Shown piece after piece: positions 57,800 to 64,000 of a stretch of DNA of 64,000 bases. The stretch's first letter is position 1, and each line of letters opens with the position of its first letter. Both the position numbers and the translations under genes were made by a program. The notes below the pieces were generated by a model. That model did not search any database. It was not told the DNA's origin and worked only from the letters and a program-made list of their open reading frames with translations. Source of the DNA: Nitrospirales bacterium (GTDB lineage: Bacteria; Nitrospirota; Nitrospiria; Nitrospirales; UBA8639); the NCBI GenBank assembly GCA_963555755.3, contig OY820905.2:4448001-4512000 (forward strand), read 5' to 3'.

Positions 57800-60157
57800 A
57801 TGGGGCTAGCCACGGCAACCGGACTCATATCCGGCATCAACTTCACTGAAGTCGTCAGTCAGCTGGCTGAACTCGAGTCTCGCCCTATTCTTCTTCTCCA
57901 ATCGAAAAAAGCCGATCTCCAAACCGTCAGTGCTGAGCTGAGTACGCTCAGTGTGAAACTGTCCGCCCTACAAACTGCGGCGAGTAGTCTCTCCTCGTTT
58001 TCCAATTTTAATACCAATACCGTTTCGGTGACCCAGACCACGTCTGGAGTCGCGTTATTATCCGCTACCGTGGATAGCACGGCCATTCCCGGGACGTCGC
58101 AAGTCAAGGTCAACCAATTGGCCCAAACCCATTCGGTTGCTTCGCAGGGATTCGTGGATGATGATACCACGGCAGTGGCCAGTGCAGCGGGTACCCTGAA
58201 ATTTAAGGTGGGAACAGCTGGAGCCGTGACCTCCGTCAGCGTGACCACCGAAACCACCCTGGTTCAGTTGCGCGATGCGATCAATGGTGCCAATGGATCG
58301 GTCAACGCATCGATTATTAATGATGGATCCGGCTCTAATCCCTATCGGTTGGTTCTGACTGCGAAAGATTCAGGGGCAGCCAATACGATATCGATTACGA
58401 GTAATCCTACGACATTAGATTTCACGAATAAACAAGTGGAAGCAGCCTTTGCCAAGACGACCAATAGTTATTCCGGAACGGTGTCGTCGAATTCAGGGAA
58501 TAATTATCTTGGAACCACTAACAAAACGTTTCTGGTGGAGATTGTGGCTGGAGGTGACCCAGGGACGGCGACCTATAAATATTCGATTGATGGCGGCATA
58601 ACATTTTTAGGTGCAAGTGGAGCTGCCTATGTCGCTGGGTCGAATGAAATTACGACGCAGACGGCTTTGACCCTTTACATTGATGGCCAAGCATCGACCA
58701 GTACGACAGAAGGTCAAAACGAAGGTGTCCAAATATCCTTTGGTGCATCCTCAGGGGATCTTGTTGCTGGGGACCAATTCACCATTGATGTCTTTAATCC
58801 TACGTTACAGGATCCGAAAGATGCAGTCATTGAAGTCGGAACCCTGACCATCACCAAATCCTCAAACACCATCTCAGACGTGATTCAGGGAGTCACGTTA
58901 GATCTCCTACAGGCTGGAGCCAGCACTGATACCATTGAGGTGAAAGTATCCAATGATACAAGCGGAATCAAAAGCCAAGTGGATAGTTTTATTTCTGCCT
59001 ATAACGATGTGATCAGGTATTTGCAAGATCAACTGTCTTTCGACCCCGAAGACCCAGAGACCAGCACCGCCAAGCCGTTGCTAGGCGATGGCACGGCAAT
59101 TACTTTAAATCGGAAATTACAAGACCTCATTGGTTCAACCGTGCCTGGGGCGAGCAGCGGGTTGAACAGTTTGGCCCAACTCGGGGTGTCCACTGATACG
59201 GATACCTCTGAAATCAGTTTGGATGATTCGAAGTTTCAGGCTGCTCTTGCCCTAAGCCTCACCGATGTCACGCGGCTCTTTATTGGGATTGGAGTTCCCA
59301 CAAATTCCCAGATTGAATTCGTGAGTAAAACGGATGACACCGATCCGGGAACCTATGGGCTCGTGATCAATACGGCACCGACTCGGGCTACCGTTGATGC
59401 CGATCATGCTATCCAATCTGGTGGGATTGCCGCTCAAGAAGTCATATCGGTGAATGTATTTACCAATGCGACCTCTACGAGTGATCCCCCCACGACCGTT
59501 CAAATCACCGCAGTGGCTGGCAGTACGGTGAATGATATTGTCAATGCCTTAAACAGTGCCTTTGCGACAACGGGCATTGACATCAGTGCCTCGAACAACA
59601 ATGGCGCCATCCGGATACGATCGGCTAAGTATGGTGATGATGTCAAGATTCAAGTGCTTTCTGATAAGGATAATTCCTCCAATCAATCAGGGCTAGGGAC
59701 GGCAGGTAGTACTTTCAAGGAAAATACGGGCGTGAACATCGCCGGCACGATTAACGGGTTTAAGGCCAATGGGAAGGGGGCGGTCCTCACCAGTGGGTCA
59801 GGGTCTGGTGAGGATGGCCTTTCAGTCAGAGCCGAAGTCTCAACCACAGGAAATTTTGGGACTATTACGGTGTCCTCAGGTGTTGCGGATCGGATGGGCG
59901 CATTGATAGCCACGATCGTCGACACCTCGAATGGAACGATTAAAATTCGACAGGACGGCATTGCAGGCACTGTTGAAGATATTGACGAGCAAATCCAGAG
60001 AAAATCAATCTTGGTAGCTGCCTTTGAACAGCGGACGCTTGAAAAATTTCAACGGTTGGAGCTGTTGTTGGCCCAGTTCCAAACGCAAAGCAATGCCCTC
60101 GCTGCAGGGTTAGCCGGTATTCAAGGCCTTCAAACACAAATCAACAATCGTCGATAG
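57800..60157 (+). CDS. fliD: Filament cap FliD
   Basis: GLISGINF..V.QL; VNQLAQ; SNTISDVIQGVTLDL. Confidence 0.95.
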   Translation: MGLATATGLISGINFTEVVSQLAELESRPILLLQSKKADLQTVSAELSTLSVKLSALQTAASSLSSFSNFNTNTVSVTQTTSGVALLSATVDSTAIPGTSQVKVNQLAQTHSVASQGFVDDDTTAVASAAGTLKFKVGTAGAVTSVSVTTETTLVQLRDAINGANGSVNASIINDGSGSNPYRLVLTAKDSGAANTISITSNPTTLDFTNKQVEAAFAKTTNSYSGTVSSNSGNNYLGTTNKTFLVEIVAGGDPGTATYKYSIDGGITFLGASGAAYVAGSNEITTQTALTLYIDGQASTSTTEGQNEGVQISFGASSGDLVAGDQFTIDVFNPTLQDPKDAVIEVGTLTITKSSNTISDVIQGVTLDLLQAGASTDTIEVKVSNDTSGIKSQVDSFISAYNDVIRYLQDQLSFDPEDPETSTAKPLLGDGTAITLNRKLQDLIGSTVPGASSGLNSLAQLGVSTDTDTSEISLDDSKFQAALALSLTDVTRLFIGIGVPTNSQIEFVSKTDDTDPGTYGLVINTAPTRATVDADHAIQSGGIAAQEVISVNVFTNATSTSDPPTTVQITAVAGSTVNDIVNALNSAFATTGIDISASNNNGAIRIRSAKYGDDVKIQVLSDKDNSSNQSGLGTAGSTFKENTGVNIAGTINGFKANGKGAVLTSGSGSGEDGLSVRAEVSTTGNFGTITVSSGVADRMGALIATIVDTSNGTIKIRQDGIAGTVEDIDEQIQRKSILVAAFEQRTLEKFQRLELLLAQFQTQSNALAAGLAGIQGLQTQINNRR

Positions 60158-60162
60158 GCTTT

Positions 60163-60597
60163 TTGGTTGTGAATTCCCAACTTCAGATTTATCGTCAGCA
60201 GCAAGTCCAGCATGAAATTGAACAGGCGTCGCCCGTTCGGCTTGTCGTCATGCTGTATGACAAAGCCATGTCGCTTCTTCGGCAAGCCGTGCTCCATATC
60301 GATCGGAATAATGTCAAAGCCAAAGGTGAAGCCCTCAATCGGGTCGTGGAGATCATAGGGGAATTGCAGGCTGTCCTGAATGGGGAAGAGGGGGGAGTGG
60401 TCGCACAAAACTTGGATGCCATGTATGAATTCATGATTCGATCGGTCACCTTGGCCAATTTGAATAACGACCCCCAACCCCTTGATGGTGTCTTGATGGT
60501 GTTGGAAGAATTGCGAAAAGGCTGGCAAGAACTTGAACAGATGACTCAAGACGGCGAGGTTGCCGCTGTGACCAGTCCACTCAACAGCGTGGGGTAG
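60163..60597 (+). CDS. fliS: Flagellin chaperone FliS
   Basis: Y..QASPVRLVVMLYD..NLDAMYEF..ELRKGW. Confidence 0.95.
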   Translation: MVVNSQLQIYRQQQVQHEIEQASPVRLVVMLYDKAMSLLRQAVLHIDRNNVKAKGEALNRVVEIIGELQAVLNGEEGGVVAQNLDAMYEFMIRSVTLANLNNDPQPLDGVLMVLEELRKGWQELEQMTQDGEVAAVTSPLNSVG

Positions 60598-60742
60598 AAA
60601 CTTGGTAACTACGCAGGTGGATAGACTGAAGGCTGAAGGCTTTTAGGGGGAAATCATGCGTGATCATACAACACGTCGGGCATTTCTGAGTGATAGCCTT
60701 CAGCCTTCAGCCTACATGCCTGAGTAGTCACGAAACTTGCTT

Positions 60743-61270
60743 ATGTCGAACATCCCTACATTCATTGAACAGCATCAAGCCTATCTTCATCTTCAACAAC
60801 AGATCTCGAAGGCGATCCATAACCGTGACGAGAGCCTATTGGTCCAATTGAAACAGGTGAGCCATGAATTATTCGCTCAACTTGATGCGGCCAGGAAAGA
60901 ACTCGTAACGGCCACTGGCTCTGCATGGCCCAATCAGTTTTTTCCTCAATCAGATCTTGCCCAATTGGTTCAGCTCATGGAACAGGCTCAGCGACATGTC
61001 CAAGAAAACGAAACGGCCCTTCAAACCTGGTTAGGCCAAATGAAGGTCGATATCCAACACTATCAGACGTCTCAATCACAACGTGGAGTGTTGGCAGCCT
61101 ATATCCAGCAAAGGCAAGCTGGATCCCACCGAACCACTGCATTTGAACACGATACGCTCTCTCCTGAGTCGTTGGATGTCGCCCCATCCCCAACGATCCC
61201 GTCGAGTCCTTGGGTGGTCCCTCCCAAAGATCCGGAAATGGTGGGACACCAAGTCAACGAACAATCCTAA
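60743..61270 (+). CDS. Helical hypothetical protein, possibly FliT-like
   Basis: Gln-rich helices directly after fliS; function inferred from position only. Confidence 0.6.
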   Translation: MSNIPTFIEQHQAYLHLQQQISKAIHNRDESLLVQLKQVSHELFAQLDAARKELVTATGSAWPNQFFPQSDLAQLVQLMEQAQRHVQENETALQTWLGQMKVDIQHYQTSQSQRGVLAAYIQQRQAGSHRTTAFEHDTLSPESLDVAPSPTIPSSPWVVPPKDPEMVGHQVNEQS

Positions 61271-61449
61271 GGGCCTGTGAAACAATAACTTAGACATCTC
61301 GCATTCCATATTCGGGCCATCTTTGAACGCGCCTCAATCGAAAAAACCTCAACATAGGCCTGCTATGTCTCGGCTTTTTCTCAATCGTTACGTCCAAATC
61401 TGACCCAAATCTGGACGCGATCTTGTCCAAGTTATTGTTTCACCGGCCC
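61271..61449. mobile_element. MITE family A variant (179 bp)
   Basis: TIR GGGCCTGTGAAACAATAACTT / AAGTTATTGTTTCACCGGCCC; body homologous to A; TAA/TAA on a stop codon. Confidence 0.88.
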
Positions 61450-61567
61450 TAATATTCCTTCTGGTGTCCAGACTAAATGTGTTTCTGTCTTTCCTGGTTG
61501 GGTCTGTCGAATATTTCATGACAAAAACCCACAAATGCGCCAGGACATACGACCAACATCAGTGAGA

Positions 61568-61689
61568 GGGAATGTTCAAAAAAGTCCGTCCAGCAAGGCC
61601 GCAGCCCTTTTGACGCGCGGAGCGTACTCTCAGTACGTGAGCACGGCAAAATGGCGAGAACGCCGCTGGCGGCTTTTTTCAACATTCCC
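61568..61689. mobile_element. MITE-like family F, copy 2
   Basis: Reverse complement of 34039-34160 with few changes. Confidence 0.88.
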
Positions 61690-61911
61690 CGGTTGTCAAT
61701 TCTTTGACCTGGATGTGTCAAAAAGTCAGGGATTTTGCTCCATACCGTTCATAAGTTTCGGTGTGGGGCGAGTTCTGTCACTGATAAGGGTGGAACAAAA
61801 ATTGCTTTGTATATCTTAGAGTTACACAGGCGGGTTGGGGGCATATGGTGTTGAGGCCTCAAGTGGCTCAAAAATTGCTAGATATCTAGTGGAGCGAGAG
61901 AGACGCTCTAG

Positions 61912-62202
61912 GAGCCTGTCCGAGATTAGCGATCGTTGCGAGGGTGTGCTGGTTTGAGTCAGATGTTTCGATTGTGTGAGGCGAATAGTGGGACTATTCA
62001 ACGAAAACAGGAAATGCTCAAAAAGCCTGCCCTCGCGGAGGCGGGGGGCCGTCCAGCAAGCCCGAGGACGCAGCTGGCTTGTCTGCCGTAGCCTTGGCGA
62101 AGGAGGCTGTGGCGGCCTTTTTCAACATTCCCCGAAAAGGATGGGGAAATCTGGCCAACTCCGGCGCATCCGCAGTAGATTCGTCTAATCTGGGACAGGT
62201 TT
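61912..62202. mobile_element. MITE D with F-like element nested at 62008-62134
   Basis: CTAG/CTAG flanks; inner element CAGGAAATG..CATTCCCCG with AAAA/AAAA duplication. Confidence 0.88.
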
Positions 62203-62247
62203 CTAGCTGCGTGAGCCGGTGAGAATGCGTTGGTTTATTGATTCTCT

Positions 62248-62580
62248 ATGAAAAACCAAAACACTCAAGACTCTGTGGCCCAGAAAGAGGTTCCTTGGCT
62301 CGATGAATATTGGGTGTCAAAAATGCCTATTGTGTTGCATGCCCTAGCCAATAAATTGCTTCCGATTATGGCCTTTTCGGATTTGGGTTCCCGGCGTTGT
62401 GACGATCCACAACTTCGTGAGTATTTTGACAAGATCCGTAAGGCGGCTGCCGACTCTCGAGAGTTCATTAATCAACTTCGGCAAGAATTTCAACAGAATC
62501 AGCCACAGAGTCAGCCACAGAGTCAGATGAACCCGTCCGAACCTATTCGTTCCTCATCCGACGACGGGCTGGTATCATGA
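62248..62580 (+). CDS. Small protein resembling a stand-alone HisKA/DHp hairpin
   Basis: LHALANKLLPIMAFSDL..REYFDKIRKAA resembles an H-box helix pair. Confidence 0.55.
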   Translation: MKNQNTQDSVAQKEVPWLDEYWVSKMPIVLHALANKLLPIMAFSDLGSRRCDDPQLREYFDKIRKAAADSREFINQLRQEFQQNQPQSQPQSQMNPSEPIRSSSDDGLVS

Positions 62581-62915
62581 GTGTTGATGATGGTGTCATG
62601 GTCGTCATGTATCGGTGGGTGGTGCTTGTGCAAAGGTCACGAATGAAATGAGTGTCTTACTTTTTATGTTTTGGCGGCGAAGGTGGAAAAACCGGTGCTT
62701 ATGGGAATGGCGTCCCTGGGAAAAATTGTAACCCTGGGCCCGGCCCTGACCCAAAAAGGGCCGAATTTGTAATGGGTGACGCGTCATGCGTGATGAGTAA
62801 GGAGGCAAGAAGGTGAAAGTTAACACGACTCCTCCGCTTCACATATCACACTTCACGTCTTTCAAAGAACGCCGCGGACGCCCTTTTTCAACATTCCCCA
62901 GAAAGGACGGGAAGG

Positions 62916-63533
62916 ATGAGTGACCACCCGCTGAATGAATCCCAGAATGATGAGCGACGACAGGATTTTCGCGCCGATGTGTCCATGTGCATCTCGGTCG
63001 ATATGCCGTTGGCCCTTTCTTACGAGCCGGTCACCCCAGGCAATGGGTACTCGATGCCATGGCAATGGGATGACTTAGCGGTGTCACCTGATTTGGTGAA
63101 GGCCATGGTCAAACAAGTGGATTTGGTGACTCAGGAGCCCATGTTACTGCAAATGCTCACACGGATTGATTGGATGCTAACGACCGTCATGAAAATCTTG
63201 GGAAAAGACCATCATGTGCAACAAGCCTTTCCTGAATTTTTAACCGCCAATGTGAGCGGGTCGGGTATTCGATTCGTGGGTCGGCAAGAATTTCAGGTCA
63301 ACAACCATTTGGTGCTTCGAATGATACTTCGGCCTTTTGTCCCCATCCAGGCCTTGGCCAAAGTTCTTCGAGTTCGGACGGTGACGGTTGACGGCGAATC
63401 CCGATGGGAAGCCGCCTGTGAATTTTCAGAGATCGGACCTGATGATCGGGAAGCCATCATCCGGCATGTCTTGCGCGCTCAAGCGGTCCTGCAACGTCAA
63501 CGTCAGGCTAGTGAAGAAGCCGTAACGCTCTAG
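62916..63533 (+). CDS. PilZ-domain c-di-GMP receptor
   Basis: ERRQDFR (RxxxR) and NVSGSG (N/DxSxxG). Confidence 0.88.
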   Translation: MSDHPLNESQNDERRQDFRADVSMCISVDMPLALSYEPVTPGNGYSMPWQWDDLAVSPDLVKAMVKQVDLVTQEPMLLQMLTRIDWMLTTVMKILGKDHHVQQAFPEFLTANVSGSGIRFVGRQEFQVNNHLVLRMILRPFVPIQALAKVLRVRTVTVDGESRWEAACEFSEIGPDDREAIIRHVLRAQAVLQRQRQASEEAVTL

Positions 63534-63648
63534 TTCGTCGCTGGTTGCTAGTACCTTCGGATCTTTAGCACCTCTTTTTTTTCTAGCAACCAGCGACGAG
63601 AAACGAGCGACTGATAATCTTCCGAGTGGTTGTGGAAAGTCCTGATGC

Positions 63649-64000
63649 ATGGTGGTCATGGGATGTCCAATTGGACCAAGTGCTGAAAAAGGTTGGGGTG
63701 GACGTTCCCAGCCTTGGTCTATGGGACTGCTCGTCTATGTCGTGTGGGTTGCGAGTTTGATCCTTGGCTGTGCCGAGGTCGAGAATCCAACGGTCCTTCC
63801 TACAGCCATCCATGATCCAGCCTCCCTGCCCTCTGTTGTCACTCTTCAGCCGGTTTCTCCACCGTATTCCCTCGCCATCCTTCCCTTTGAAGATTATTCC
63901 AATCGACCTGATTTGAGTTGGTTGCGACAAGGTTTGCCCGACATGTTGGTCACGGACTTGGCACTGCTTCCGGGGGTTCGAGTCGTGTCACGGCATCGGC
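63649..64000 (+). CDS. Partial lipoprotein, CsgG/FlgO/TolB-N-like; runs off the window
   Basis: Open frame with lipobox LILGC then LAILPFED..WLRQGLPDMLVTDL..VRVVSR; start uncertain. Confidence 0.7.
   Translation, partial: MVVMGCPIGPSAEKGWGGRSQPWSMGLLVYVVWVASLILGCAEVENPTVLPTAIHDPASLPSVVTLQPVSPPYSLAILPFEDYSNRPDLSWLRQGLPDMLVTDLALLPGVRVVSRHR

Noticed and set aside
61500..61567. Extra MITE beginning GGGTCTGTCGAATATTTC
   Set aside because: No matching second end or second copy in the window

Overview
Bacterial motility region, with almost all genes on the + strand. Gene order and repeat style suggest Nitrospirota (inference, not verified). Layout: (1) 0.4-2.6 kb, an eroded chemotaxis cluster (STAS with a nonsense codon, cheY, ruined cheB). 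(2) 2.8-10 kb, a signalling block (STAS, HD-GYP, hybrid kinase with Hpt, REC-anti-sigma kinase). (3) 10.5-17.8 kb, a second damaged chemotaxis cluster (HTH, HEAT, frameshifted cheR, two cheY, headless MCP, cheB, cheW; no cheA). (4) motAB, flgFGAHIJMNKL, a diguanylate cyclase, a kinase, fliW-csrA. (5) 35-55 kb, a flagellin glycosylation island (pseB/C/I/F/G but no pseH, plus class III aminotransferase, methyltransferase, radical SAM, SDR, ATP-grasp, two oxidoreductases, GH57, sialidase-like, Maf-TPR) interrupted by a brnTA module between long direct repeats. (6) fliC, flaG (amber-interrupted), fliD, fliS, PilZ. The most unusual signal is non-coding. At least seven miniature inverted-repeat element families are present; they share terminal motifs and an ERIC-like central hairpin, nest inside each other and sit on stop codons. 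A second layer of 7-nt-periodic inverted repeats occupies many gene junctions. One of these holds a probable four-helix-bundle gene relic and another lies in frame inside a receiver domain. No transposase, tRNA, rRNA or CRISPR array was seen. All alignments and coordinates were made by eye.
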